NCBI GenBank assembly: GCA_963668025.2 | Contig: CAXXTH010000010.1 | Coordinates: forward strand, 384,001 to 448,000 | Direction of reading: 5' to 3' | DNA length: 64,000 nucleotides | DNA from: Candidatus Hydrogenedentota bacterium | Lineage (GTDB): Bacteria > Hydrogenedentota > Hydrogenedentia > Hydrogenedentales > SLHB01 | In this document: piece by piece, positions 1 to 9,920 of the stretch | Numbering within the stretch: position 1 is the stretch's first letter | Layout of the letters: each line of letters begins with the position of its first letter | Program-made: the position numbers and the translations under genes | The notes under the pieces: generated by a model | Seen by the model: the letters and a program-made list of their open reading frames with translations, nothing else | Databases searched by the model: none | What the model was told of the DNA's origin: nothing

Positions 1-298
1 CGGGAAGCTCTGTCAAATGGGCGGGCGTCCCCACTTTAACCACCAGAGCTGGGAGAACGAGAAGAACGTGGTTCGCTATGTGTCGGCGCGCGAAACCGAG
101 TTCCTAAAAGAGGCCATCAATGGCTACCAGGCTTTCATGAAGCTGGCTGAACGCTACGTTGACGAAGTCGTCAAGCAAACCCGCCGTGAGCGCGCAAAGA
201 CCTTCCCCCCAGCGAAAAATCCCAGGCCACGTTGACAGAAAAAATCATGCACAACAGGATAAATCGACTCTTGAGCACTATTAGATGCGTAAGCCCTG
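1..298. mobile_element. End of ISAs1-family element (copy A, runs off window start)
   Basis: Near-identical to 10771-11068; ends in TIR TTAGATGCGTAAGCCCTG (281-298), the same as the other two copies. Confidence 0.92.
17..235 (+). CDS. DUF6788-like small IS passenger protein (5' truncated by window)
   Basis: Near-identical to C-terminal 72 aa of ORFs 10706-11005 and 53278-53577. Confidence 0.8.
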   Translation: MGGRPHFNHQSWENEKNVVRYVSARETEFLKEAINGYQAFMKLAERYVDEVVKQTRRERAKTFPPAKNPRPR

Positions 299-1811
299 CT
301 ATGGGCGCTGGTAATGTGTCATTACGTTCTAGAATGTTATATAGTACGAGCAGACACTGCTTCCCGCTGGATACTAGGCCATTGCGCAGTTGCTCTGGCA
401 CCGACAAGACTCCGCAGCCATGAGAGACTGAAGAGGGAAGAAGGTAATTCGCACTGACGTAGAATCCCTCGACTGGGCATACGCCTCCTTTGACCAGGTT
501 GCCAGAAATCCATCCCTGTCCGGCCTCCGGCACAGGATACACTTCTGGACACGAAGTGTTTTCAGAGAGTGAAGCCAGCGCCATTGCAAGCCCCGGTTCA
601 CGAAGGGAATCGCATTCCAGCAGCTTGCATACCCGAGATTCCAACGCGGTAATCTGCTGCAAGGAGGAACTCAGCGGAACCACAAACGTGTTCTGTTCCG
701 ACAAATGGTATGTATGAGATTGACTGGCTTGGGTAGCAGACGGGAAAAATATGTCTATGGATTGATTGTCTTGTGTAGGAGACGAAGAGAATTTGTCTGG
801 GAGTTTCCCGAAATAATCGCGGGGGTTGCTGTCGGGCAATCCAGAAGTCAGAACCCTGCCGGCAACCTGCACCGATATATCTTGTGCAATAACCTCAAAG
901 ACAGCGGGATTCTCCGCCCTTCTGTATACCCGATATTCGTCGCCGAGCGGTCTCCCCCATGCATCCGCCGGAACGCGTTCCAGATCCTGGATCTCTTCAA
1001 GTTCCCACATGCCCGTAGCGCCGAGGAGGAGATTCACATAACGGCTCCATTGACGCCCCATATAATCGTTGGTCCATGAGGCTACAGCGGTAATGAGCTG
1101 GTGGGCGTCGTCTGAAGAAGGAGGCATATCCGCGCGAAGCTCCACCTGGACCGGTTTGTTTTCTGGAACGATAATGGCCTCCTCTTTCTCACCGGCGAAC
1201 AGGGTGATTTCAGAATTGATGCTCAGCTTGGTCTCCGGATCGACGAAATTGAGGTAATACTGGCCTGGCCGGATGGGCCCGAAAACAGCCTTTCCTGATG
1301 CATCCAGCGGTGTATTTATCTCTCGGGGCATCTCTTCTCCGTCGAATGCGTGGCCCGACAGGCTGATCTCCTGGCCGGTCACGGCAGGGCCATCCGCGGA
1401 GCCGCGCCGCACTTCCACCTTCAAGGTGGCTAACGTGGCCTCTTGCGGTTTTTGTTGGGCAAGGAGTGCTTGGAGCGTCTGATTGGTCGCCTGTATCAGC
1501 CGGTATCCGAACACGGCGCATATGGCGACCACCGCCACGCCGACTACGACCACTCCCGTATGGATCCATTCGCGCATGATCTGCTCCCTCATCGCGTCCC
1601 ACCATAACTGCCGGGCCACGCGGTTTGGGTCGCCGAATCGCTCGACGACCCGTTTCCATACCGTTTTTTCATCCTCGATGCCCGTCCGCCGTTCCCGTTC
1701 CGCCGCCAAGGCGAGATGGTCGGCCAGTTCGTCGAGGATATCGTTGCGCAGGGTTGCGGGTTCGCGGGTTCGCCGTGGCAGCACTTCCTCCGCGTCTTCA
1801 CGCCATGACAT
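299..1811 (-). pseudogene. Permease-prefix-domain membrane protein with extracellular Ig/carboxypeptidase-regulatory-like region, 3' end interrupted by ISAs1
   Basis: ATG 1811 overlaps padR end; 'ELADHL...RFGDP' motif typical of PadR partners, one TM helix; frame runs into the IS TIR at 298. Confidence 0.75.
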
Positions 1812-2136
1812 GGGCTTGGACCCCGAGCACGCCGTTGATGGCCCCCACGAACTCCTGCCACTCCTCCCGCTTCTCCGCCAGCGCCTCACCGCCTTTGGCG
1901 GTGAGCCGGTAGTATTTCCTTCGCCGTCCCGACTCGAGTTCGACCCAATATGAATCGAGGAGCTTCGCCCGCTCCAACCGATGCAGGGCGGGATACAAGC
2001 TGCCCTCTTTCAGTTCAAAAATTCCCCGAGAACGTTCCAGCGTTTGCTGGGTGATCTCGTATCCATACGTCGGCCCCGTGCTGATCACTTGCAAGATCAA
2101 CATTTCAACGGTGCCGCTGAGCAACTTAGAGTCCAT
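1798..2136 (-). CDS. PadR family transcriptional regulator
   Basis: YGYEI, EGSLYPALHRLE and RRKYYRLT motifs; ATG at 2136. Confidence 0.95.
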   Translation of the reverse strand: MDSKLLSGTVEMLILQVISTGPTYGYEITQQTLERSRGIFELKEGSLYPALHRLERAKLLDSYWVELESGRRRKYYRLTAKGGEALAEKREEWQEFVGAINGVLGVQAHVMA

Positions 2137-2191
2137 CTTCCTTCTCCCGAGTGCGTGCCTAGGTGTTCTTTGGCATAGGTTATTTATGTAT

Positions 2192-2220
2192 AATGTAGCA
2201 CCACATCGAATTTTTGTCAA
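2192..2220 (-). promoter_or_regulatory. Sigma70-type promoter of padR operon
   Basis: TTGACA-N17-TACATT on minus strand. Confidence 0.65.
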
Positions 2221-2333
2221 GGGGTTCTTTTACATGGGGCCTGCGTCAAAAAAGTGGGTTTTCGTTTCCCCCCCTTTTTTTGGCCCGATGTATGTAGTAA
2301 GATTACTACAATAAATAGAGAGGAGAACCAATC

Positions 2334-2714
2334 ATGGCCAATAAACGCACGCTGGAAGAAAAACGCTTGGACTTGCTCGAACAATTGGGCGAAATACGAA
2401 CCTTGAGAAAAGGATCCCTCAATGAACAATGGTTTCCCTCTATCAAGGACGGGAAAAAAACGCGAGAGTTACGCGGACCCTATTACTTATGGACAAGCAA
2501 GAAAAACAATAAGACCGTGAGCGAACGCATTTGCGGCGAGCAAGAATTGAACCGCGCGCGTCAGGATGAGGAAAACTATAAACGTTTCCGGGATGTATGC
2601 AGACAATTCGAGTCGGTGGCCCAAGAACTGGGCGAACTGGAACGGATGCAGAGCGCCGAACAAGACGCCCTCAAAAAAAAACGCAAGCCGCCATCGAAAA
2701 AGACGCCGAAGTAA
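2334..2714 (+). CDS. DUF6788-like OrfA of ISKra4 element
   Basis: AGGAG RBS; 'RKGSL...RGPYY' motif; A9 run near end. Confidence 0.85.
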   Translation: MANKRTLEEKRLDLLEQLGEIRTLRKGSLNEQWFPSIKDGKKTRELRGPYYLWTSKKNNKTVSERICGEQELNRARQDEENYKRFRDVCRQFESVAQELGELERMQSAEQDALKKKRKPPSKKTPK

Positions 2715-4018
2715 CGCGGATTTTCAACGCGGCAAAACGCGCGGCGGGAACGGATCTCGAAGCATTGGAACAAGCCCTGCGCGGCGCGGCCCTCATGGGA
2801 GGGGCCAAGGCGCTCGATGCCTTTTTAAGAAAGGTGGGCGTGGGCCGGCGCGGGGAAAAAGCGCGTTGCTCATGCATGGCGGTAATGAAAAGCCGTGGCC
2901 TGAAGACAAAAACCATCGTCACTCTTTTGGGCAAGATCCGCTTTACGCGCACCGCCTACCGGTGCCCCCGGTGCGGCAAATGGCGGTATCCCGGCGACGA
3001 GGAGCTCGATGTCGCCAACACGCGCTATTCGCCGGGCGTGCGGCGTCTCGTGGCGGATTTCGCCAGCGACGCCCCATTCAAAAGGGTGTCGCAACAACTG
3101 AAAGCAGCCGCCGGACTCGTGATCAGCCGCAAGGACTGTGAGCGTATCGCGGAACAGACCGGCCAGCAAGCCGCCCACTGGTTCGCGCAAGAACGGGACC
3201 GTATCCGATTCCAGGAACCGCCGCCTCCCGATGCCGCCAAAACTATCGAGACCCTTTACATCGAGTTCGACGGCAGCGGCGTTCCCATGGTGCCCGAGGC
3301 GCTCGAAGGCCGCAAGGGAAAATATCAAAACGGCAAGCCCAAAACCCGCGAGGTGAAAATCGGATGCGTTTTTTCTCAAACCGCCTTCAACGAAAAAGGC
3401 CGCCCCATCCGGGATAGGGGCTCCGCCAGTTTCGTGGGCGCCATCGAGACGTCCGAACAGTTTCAATGGCGCATCTACGCCGAGGCCGTCCGCCGCGGAT
3501 TGTTCAGGGCCAAACGCGTCGTATGCCTCACCGATGGGGCCGAATGGATACGAAACATCGTACAAACCCATTTTCACGCCGCCATCCACGTAGTCGACTT
3601 GTATCACGCGCGCGAGCATCTCGGGAACCTGTGCAAATTGTTGTTTGGACGCGACGAAAAACGTTTGGCCTTGTACAAGGGCAAATGGTGGGACGATCTG
3701 GATGAGGGAAAGATCGAAACCATCGTGGAAGAAGCCGCCGTGCTGTTGCCAAACAATGGGCCGGATGCCAAAGAAGCCGTTACCGCCATCGGCTATTTTG
3801 AGACGAACAAAGAACGCATGCGCTACAACGATTTTTTTGCCAAGGGACTATTCGTTGGCTCGGGAGTCATTGAAGCGGCGTGCAGGACGGTCGTTGGCCA
3901 GCGTATGAAGCACTCCGGTATGGAATGGACCGTCCGTGGCGCAAATGCCATTACGGCGTTGCGATGCCTTATTCAATCCAATCGCTTCGAGGAGTATTGG
4001 GAACAAAGAACCGGATGA
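2597..4018 (+). CDS. ISKra4-family DDE transposase (probably expressed by -1 shift from OrfA)
   Basis: CxC/CPRC Zn motifs; FDG, DGAEWI, DLYHA and GSGVIEAAC motifs. Confidence 0.92.
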   Translation: MQTIRVGGPRTGRTGTDAERRTRRPQKKTQAAIEKDAEVTRIFNAAKRAAGTDLEALEQALRGAALMGGAKALDAFLRKVGVGRRGEKARCSCMAVMKSRGLKTKTIVTLLGKIRFTRTAYRCPRCGKWRYPGDEELDVANTRYSPGVRRLVADFASDAPFKRVSQQLKAAAGLVISRKDCERIAEQTGQQAAHWFAQERDRIRFQEPPPPDAAKTIETLYIEFDGSGVPMVPEALEGRKGKYQNGKPKTREVKIGCVFSQTAFNEKGRPIRDRGSASFVGAIETSEQFQWRIYAEAVRRGLFRAKRVVCLTDGAEWIRNIVQTHFHAAIHVVDLYHAREHLGNLCKLLFGRDEKRLALYKGKWWDDLDEGKIETIVEEAAVLLPNNGPDAKEAVTAIGYFETNKERMRYNDFFAKGLFVGSGVIEAACRTVVGQRMKHSGMEWTVRGANAITALRCLIQSNRFEEYWEQRTG

Positions 4019-4076
4019 AAACCCACTTTTTTGACGCAGGCCCCCTTGTGGGCACAAGGCAATCGCATAAAGAATA

Positions 4077-4145
4077 GCCACAAGAGTCACAAGAGACACA
4101 AAATGATCCTTGAGCGCATTTTGTGTCTCTTGGGCATCTTGCGGC
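4077..4145. repeat. Palindromic element with 9-bp periodic arms
   Basis: GCCACAAGAGTCACAAGAGACACAAAA...TTTTGTGTCTCTTGGGCATCTTGCGGC. Confidence 0.7.
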
Positions 4146-4296
4146 CAGTTCTTGCTGTTTTTATACGATTGCCTTGCATGAGAACATCCTTGAGGCGTCA
4201 TGCCGCACCAAAGAGACTCCCTCAACAATGTCGCCACGGCCTGTGCGGAAGCGGGTTTCATGAACGAAGCCGCAAAATAGGCAACACTTTTTCGGA

Positions 4297-4460
4297 ATGA
4301 AGCAAGAGCTTTTTTAGACATGATTTACATGATTAACGAGATTGGAGATGCACGCAATAGTCATAGCTCCTTGATGAAGCGCCCGAACACGTTTTCGATG
4401 GCAGCCAAATCACTGTCCAAATAATCTTGTTTCATGGATGTAAATCATGTCTAAAAAAAG
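4297..4460. repeat. MITE-like dispersed repeat, copy 1
   Basis: Terminal IR TTTTTAGACATGATTTACA / TGTAAATCATGTCTAAAAA; similar copy at 25477-25638. Confidence 0.8.
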
Positions 4461-4617
4461 GTGCAGTGCTGTCATTACTGCTCCATTCGCCTTAGCTAGG
4501 CATAACCGCAACCCAAGTGGAATCGTTCTTGGGCGCGCGAATGAGCGTAAAACGCATAGCAGATTGGCCCACCACTTAATAACATCTGTTGTATAAAACA
4601 AACTAGTTTACATAGCT

Positions 4618-4681
4618 GTCATTTTCGCGAAATCGGGAATCCAGTGTAAATTCTCTGGATCCCCGTTTTCTCGAGGATGAC
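4618..4681. repeat. Degenerate REP-like palindrome (GTCATxCxCGCGAAAGCGGG type)
   Basis: GTCATTTTCGCGAAATCGGGAATCCAG...CTGGATCCCCGTTTTCTCGAGGATGAC. Confidence 0.65.
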
Positions 4682-4891
4682 GGATAGGCGGTTTTGCGTT
4701 ATTATTTTCAATGCGTACGCATGATATATACTTCCAGGAACGGTAATATCAGAACTGCACCCGAAGAAAAGGAATGGGAGGGCGAGTAAAGTGAAACAGA
4801 AAAGCAAAAGCCAGCTTGGGTAGTTGTTTTGTGCGAATTTCCAAAAAACTAATTCATGGATCTTGATTACGTATATTTTCTAATATATATA

Positions 4892-5389
4892 CTATTTCCA
4901 TAGCCATGAATTTTCACCTTCGCCTTCTTCACACACATCCCCCAGTCTTGGTTCATATATCCCTGCAGACTGTCCTTTTCCCATATCTACATAGAATAGT
5001 AAAATATTTTGATTATCTAGTACTACCTTACCGCCATAAATACTCCCAACATCGAAAATCGAACGAATTTCTTTTACTTTACCTTTGTGAGTTTCAAGGA
5101 GTTCGATAATGCGCATTTTCTCCTCTTGGGGGATCCCAGACACAAACCGGATAGAATCAACATCTCGATTCTTATCAAGACAACTTTCTACAAAATCTTT
5201 ATAGGCTGCATTACTTCCCCAAGGAATACGAAAAAAAACATAAACTACAGAAAAAACCACAGAAATAACCACAACACAAGTGATACAAATGCTTATATAT
5301 TTATATATGGTAAAATATTTTAACATAACAAAACTCTTTTCTGCCCTTTTGTTGAAATGCACGACACAGCATGTTCGCTTTTTCATCAT
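4892..5389 (-). CDS. AT-rich hypothetical membrane-anchored protein
   Basis: 165-aa ORF, one hydrophobic segment, low GC; true start uncertain. Confidence 0.6.
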   Translation of the reverse strand: MMKKRTCCVVHFNKRAEKSFVMLKYFTIYKYISICITCVVVISVVFSVVYVFFRIPWGSNAAYKDFVESCLDKNRDVDSIRFVSGIPQEEKMRIIELLETHKGKVKEIRSIFDVGSIYGGKVVLDNQNILLFYVDMGKGQSAGIYEPRLGDVCEEGEGENSWLWK

Positions 5390-5802
5390 TACTTGTATGT
5401 TATTTTACTAGAGCAACTTATAAACCGTAATCATTATGGGTTGCCTGTACCCACAAATTCTCGCGCAGATCGATATATTTCTTTCTTTATTAGTCAATAC
5501 GCCAATTTATTGAGTCGTTAGTTGACTCTGAGGTCACAGAACTATCCACCAATCTGCTAGAGCTGTATCGGACGAGAACTACACCGATCTATCAATTCGT
5601 CAATCCACTGTTCAAAGTATTTTTCACAACACTGCTCACAGTTCCCCCCTTCTTTCCCGCACTTCTACTATATTTGTTTGATGCCATATCCTACCATTCG
5701 TAATGACCCGCTTTCGCGAGGATGACATTTAGGCGGTTTCTCGTTATTTGTTCAGAACCTGCGTACGCATTATACATTCTACCAGGAGCGGTAATAGCAG
5801 AA

Positions 5803-6087
5803 CTACACCCTAGATTTAATAGCTCTTACTATAGGTATTCTTCCCCCTCTAGCAGAAAAATATATACCGATTGGCAGATAAACAACATTAATACGTAAAT
5901 ATAACATTATGTATAGTTCAAGTAGTTCAAAAGGACCTTGTGAAAAATATTCTATTGTATCTACTCTCATCATAAAAGAGCTGAGAGGATTAGGAACAAA
6001 AATGAAAAATGTTATTACTATAGCTAAGGCAAAAGAGTTAAGTAGTAAATAGAAGAAGAACAAAAAACGCCTATTCTTATTTCGCAT
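5803..6087 (-). CDS. AT-rich small membrane protein
   Basis: 94-aa ORF with two hydrophobic segments, starting 6 bp from the IS66 end. Confidence 0.55.
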   Translation of the reverse strand: MRNKNRRFLFFFYLLLNSFALAIVITFFIFVPNPLSSFMMRVDTIEYFSQGPFELLELYIMLYLRINVVYLPIGIYFSARGGRIPIVRAIKSRV

Positions 6088-6093
6088 AAATTT

Positions 6094-7621
6094 GTAACAC
6101 TTTAGCCGACTGAAGTGTTTTCCGGTGGCAGGGGAGGCAATTGGCCGGTGTTGAGGTAGTGGACCAGGGCGTTGCAGACGGTGCAGACGGGGTTTTGCCC
6201 GCGTTTTTTCAAAGTAAAGAAGACGCTCATGAGCACCGCTTGTATGGCGGCTCCTTGGTCGCTGCGGTTGCAGTAACTGTTTTTGCGCAGGATAACGGCA
6301 GGACGGATGGAGCGTTCCGCCAAGTTGTTGTCGAAGGGAACATCTGATTGGCCGAGAAAAGTGAAGAGTTCATCCTGGTGTCGGCGCAGCCTTTTTATGA
6401 GGCGCTTGGCGTTGGCGTCCTCCCAGGGCGTATCGCACAAGTCCCGCAAGCGCCGGGCGAAGCGCGCGCGGCGCGAGTCGTACGCCTCCGGTTCGAGCTC
6501 GCCGCGCCGCCGCCACAGCCGGATGGCGTCGGCAATCAGGCGGCGCAGCTTTTTGGCGAAGGCGGGCCAGGCCGGGCTGGGCGATTTGTATTTCTCCACG
6601 TGCTCGAGTTCGCGCAACAAATGCACGAGGCACTTCTGCCGGGCGGCGCACGCCACGGCGTTGTACGCGGCCCAGAAGTCGGCCACCAGCGTTCCGGCGA
6701 ATTCCCGCGTGAAGAACTGCTGGAGCGCCGGACTCCCCCGCGAATGGTCGATCAGGAAAAAGCTCAGCCCTTTGGTGGCGAAACACCACAGCCATCGGGT
6801 CTTGCCATTCACGCGCCAGCCGGTCTCGTCGGCGTTGAGCACCGCCGAGTCCAGCGCTTCCTGGTGAATGGCCTCGTACCAAGGCAGGAGAATCTCCGCC
6901 AGCCTGCGCCACATGTGCAGCAGCCCGCCCGGCGTGACCTGGAAAAGCAGGTGGAAATCGAAGACCTCCACGATTTGCGAAAGCGTGTTGCCCAACACAT
7001 AGTGCAGCCACGCGCTGAGGACCAGCACCCGGTTGCCCAGGGTCGCGCCCGGCAAGGCCGCCGCCACAACCGGCTCGACTTTCTTCTTGCATCGCGGACA
7101 CCAGTCGCGGTGAATGGTATGCTCGGTGATTTCCGGACGGATGCCTTCGGGTATGTCTTCGGTGTAGCGCGTGCGGGTCTCCGCGCGGCGGTCCAGCGGC
7201 CCGCCGCAGTCGGGACACACCTTGGTGCGGTGTGTTTCACGCCGGTCGATACGTTCGGGCGGCACGCGCCGGCTGCCGGGGTGGCCCATCTTGCGTCCCG
7301 GCTTTTTCTTGCCGCGCACAGGCGTCTGGGGTTTCCCGTAAACTGGCTGCATGCCCGAAGGGGTGGAGGGCGTTTGGTGGGAAGTGAACGCCGCCTCGGC
7401 CTGCTGCTCCGACAGCAGCTTGGATTGCGCCAACAGGGCAAACACCACGGCATCTTCGCCCAATGCGTAGATCGCTCGGGCTTGCTCCTCCGAGAGCAGC
7501 GGTCCCAATGGAATGCCACTTATTGCCGTCGCCATGGCGTCTTGGCCCAAAACCACAACATCTTGTAACTATATTATACCGAAACGCTACTTATGGTTGC
7601 GCCAGACGGCTAAAGTGTTAC
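6094..7621 (-). mobile_element. IS66-family element, single-ORF (ISBst12-like)
   Basis: TIR GTAACACTTTAGCCG / CGGCTAAAGTGTTAC; no TSD visible. Confidence 0.9.
6102..7556 (-). CDS. IS66 transposase TnpC
   Basis: CPDC...CPRC Zn finger; ADETGW, QKCLVHLLR and DNNLAERSIR motifs; start may be ATG 7535. Confidence 0.93.
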   Translation of the reverse strand: MVLGQDAMATAISGIPLGPLLSEEQARAIYALGEDAVVFALLAQSKLLSEQQAEAAFTSHQTPSTPSGMQPVYGKPQTPVRGKKKPGRKMGHPGSRRVPPERIDRRETHRTKVCPDCGGPLDRRAETRTRYTEDIPEGIRPEITEHTIHRDWCPRCKKKVEPVVAAALPGATLGNRVLVLSAWLHYVLGNTLSQIVEVFDFHLLFQVTPGGLLHMWRRLAEILLPWYEAIHQEALDSAVLNADETGWRVNGKTRWLWCFATKGLSFFLIDHSRGSPALQQFFTREFAGTLVADFWAAYNAVACAARQKCLVHLLRELEHVEKYKSPSPAWPAFAKKLRRLIADAIRLWRRRGELEPEAYDSRRARFARRLRDLCDTPWEDANAKRLIKRLRRHQDELFTFLGQSDVPFDNNLAERSIRPAVILRKNSYCNRSDQGAAIQAVLMSVFFTLKKRGQNPVCTVCNALVHYLNTGQLPPLPPENTSVG

Positions 7622-7648
7622 GGATTTTCTTTATTTCGCAAATGCCTC
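7622..7648 (-). mobile_element. Orphan 27-bp left end of the IS1182/IS5-like element
   Basis: Exact reverse complement of 12892-12918 (GAGGCATTTGCGAAATAAAGAAAATCC). Confidence 0.8.
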
Positions 7649-8232
7649 CTGGTGTCAGGGCTTACGCATCTAAATTCCCAGTAAACGTAGAAGGTATTCG
7701 GGGTCGAGTGCAGCAGCGAAGCGCTTGCCCCTGAGGAAATCTTTGTTGGTCTTGTCTTTCTTGAGGAGGTTGAGTGTAATTCTCCTCAAGGAGGCGAGAT
7801 TCTGGGCGGCGTTTCTTGTTCGGGCGCGGTTGTCGTCTTCGCGAAAGATAATGTCTAGGCACCAGTGCAAATTGTTTTCCACGCCCCAGTGTCCACGCAC
7901 GGCGTGGGCGAATCGTCGTGCGTCGAGGGGCAGGCTGCTCAAGTAGTAGCGCCGCTCGATGGTGTTCTTCCCTTTTTCCTTGCGGATGGACTCGACCATG
8001 CCGAAACTCTTGAGGCCCTTCCAAAGTCCTTTGTCCTCGAACCAGCCCAAGTCGGTGGATTGCCAGTATCGGCGGGTTTCGATGCGGCCATGCCCCTTGT
8101 CGATGGTCTGGTGGAAATCCATCCGTGTGGCGTCGGCTGTTGGCGCGCACTGGGTGGCGCAAGGGGGAACGGCGTCCTTGAAAAAGGCCTTCACTTCTTC
8201 TAGGGCGGTGGGTGTGCGTCCCAATTGTGCTT

Positions 8233-9546
8233 TCATGCGGCATCTTTCCTAGCTCTGTCGGCCCAGAAGTCTTCGAAGTCTCTGTTCAAGAAGGCGCATC
8301 GTAGCGTAATGATCTTGTTTGCACCGTTGACCGTCCATCTCATTCCGGACTGCTTGAGCCGTTTTCCTACAACATTTTTGCAGCCGGCCTCTATGACGCC
8401 GGAGCCGACGAACAGTTTTTGTTCCCGGAATTCGGCATAGCGCATCATGTGGGCGCGGCTGCCCAGATACAGAAAATGTTCCCAGGCCGCCTTGCCGTCA
8501 TCGTCGTGGCTGGGCATGTGTGGCCGCAGTAGCTCCAGGGCCTGCGCGGCCTCTCCCTGCCGCACGAGTTCGCTGAGGCTTTGGCGCATCCGCATCCCCA
8601 GCTCAGTGGTCTTCCCAAAGAGCAGCGCGCACAACAGCGCCAGGTGTTCCAGTGCGTGATACAGGTCGAGGATGTGAACGGCCCCGGGGAAGTAGTCGGC
8701 GGCGATGTTCGCTATCCATTGCGCGCCGTCGGAAAGGACCACCACCTTTTGCGCGCGTTCCAGTCCACGGCGCTGGGCTTCGGCGAAGATGCGGCCTGCA
8801 AAGGCTTCGGCGTTTTCCACGGCGCCGGAAAAGGTGGTGCTGCCGGGGTCGCGCACCGGCTCCCCCTTCTCGTCCGTGCTGGTTTGTGTGAAGACGCATC
8901 CGATTTTGGCCTCACGGGTTTTGGCGGATCCGTCTTGCGCCTTTCCCTTGCGCCCGTCCGTTTCGGACTTGACGACGGGAACCCCCGTGCCGTCCATTTC
9001 GATGTACAGGACGGGAATCTCATCGCCGGTGCTGGGCTGCGCGGGGTTTGACGGATGCCCGCGCCGCTGCTTTTCCCACGCGGCCACGTCCGCTCCCGTC
9101 TGCTCGCTGGACCGCTCGCAGTCCTTGGCGCTCACGCTGATGCCCGCCAGTTCTTTTAGATCCCCGGCGGCGTCCGCGAAGCTTTCCCGCGCGCCAAGGC
9201 GCGCCGTCATTCGCCTGACGCCGGGCGAACGCGAAGTGCCCGCGACATCCAGCAGTTCGTCCGCTGGATAGGCGGTGGCCCCGCATGGGCAGCGGTACAT
9301 CGCGCGCTCCTGCGTGACGTTCCCCAGAATGGTCGTGATGCGCCTGGCCCGCATGCCCGCGCGGCGCATGGGATGGCCGCACAGCGGGCACGCATGCTCC
9401 TGGCCCTGGACAATGGCGTTTGCCTTGTCGAACAGGACGGCCAGCGTCTTTCCCGCGCCTTCCAGGGCGGCGGTGCGGATGAGTTTCTCCGTTGCTTCAA
9501 AGTCCACGCCGCGGTCCCGGCGGACTAGCGCCAGCGCCCGCGACAT
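8233..9546 (-). CDS. ISKra4-family transposase
   Basis: MDGTG, DGAQWI, DLYHA and GSGVIEAGC motifs; homologous to 2597-4018. Confidence 0.92.
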   Translation of the reverse strand: MSRALALVRRDRGVDFEATEKLIRTAALEGAGKTLAVLFDKANAIVQGQEHACPLCGHPMRRAGMRARRITTILGNVTQERAMYRCPCGATAYPADELLDVAGTSRSPGVRRMTARLGARESFADAAGDLKELAGISVSAKDCERSSEQTGADVAAWEKQRRGHPSNPAQPSTGDEIPVLYIEMDGTGVPVVKSETDGRKGKAQDGSAKTREAKIGCVFTQTSTDEKGEPVRDPGSTTFSGAVENAEAFAGRIFAEAQRRGLERAQKVVVLSDGAQWIANIAADYFPGAVHILDLYHALEHLALLCALLFGKTTELGMRMRQSLSELVRQGEAAQALELLRPHMPSHDDDGKAAWEHFLYLGSRAHMMRYAEFREQKLFVGSGVIEAGCKNVVGKRLKQSGMRWTVNGANKIITLRCAFLNRDFEDFWADRARKDAA

Positions 9547-9569
9547 TTCCGCGGACCTTTCCAGTTCGA

Positions 9570-9920
9570 CTAGAGCCCTTTTTTTTGCCGCTCGTGGGCG
9601 GCCTCCTTGTCGCGCTCAAGCTCTCCGAGCTGTTGTGTCAGCTCGCAAAAGCGTTCGGCGAGTTCGTGAATACGCTTGCTGTTGTCCGTCTGTTCACGGG
9701 CGCGCCGCACGTCCTCGGGACTTCGCAGCCGCTGCCGCCGGGGCTTTCCCTGCTCGTACCACTGCAGGGAGTAATAAGGTCCCCGTTCCACGGCCTCCGG
9801 CATGTCCTTGCGTGTGCCCTTGACCATTTGCTCCGACACGCCGCCCGGGTGGGCGCTTCGAATGGCGCGCATCTGCCCCAAAATACATTCCCGTTGCGCT
9901 TCAATCGTCTCAATGTTCAT
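9570..9920 (-). CDS. DUF6788-like OrfA of ISKra4 type 2
   Basis: GGAGG RBS before ATG 9920; RGPYY motif; ends in A8-GGG. Confidence 0.82.
   Translation of the reverse strand: MNIETIEAQRECILGQMRAIRSAHPGGVSEQMVKGTRKDMPEAVERGPYYSLQWYEQGKPRRQRLRSPEDVRRAREQTDNSKRIHELAERFCELTQQLGELERDKEAAHERQKKGL

Larger units (their letters stand above)
2237..4043 (+). mobile_element. ISKra4-family element type 1, copy 1
   Basis: TIR GGGCCTGCGTCAAAAAAGTGGGTTTTC at both ends; inverted near-identical copy at 11077-12884; no TSD visible. Confidence 0.93.

Noticed and set aside
171-1889. 572-aa ORF as an intact gene
   Set aside because: First 26 codons lie inside padR and the last ~42 are read-through into the ISAs1 end; the real gene is 1811 to 299, interrupted
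6348-7568. 406-aa plus-strand ORF
   Set aside because: Antisense shadow of the GC-rich IS66 transposase; no motifs
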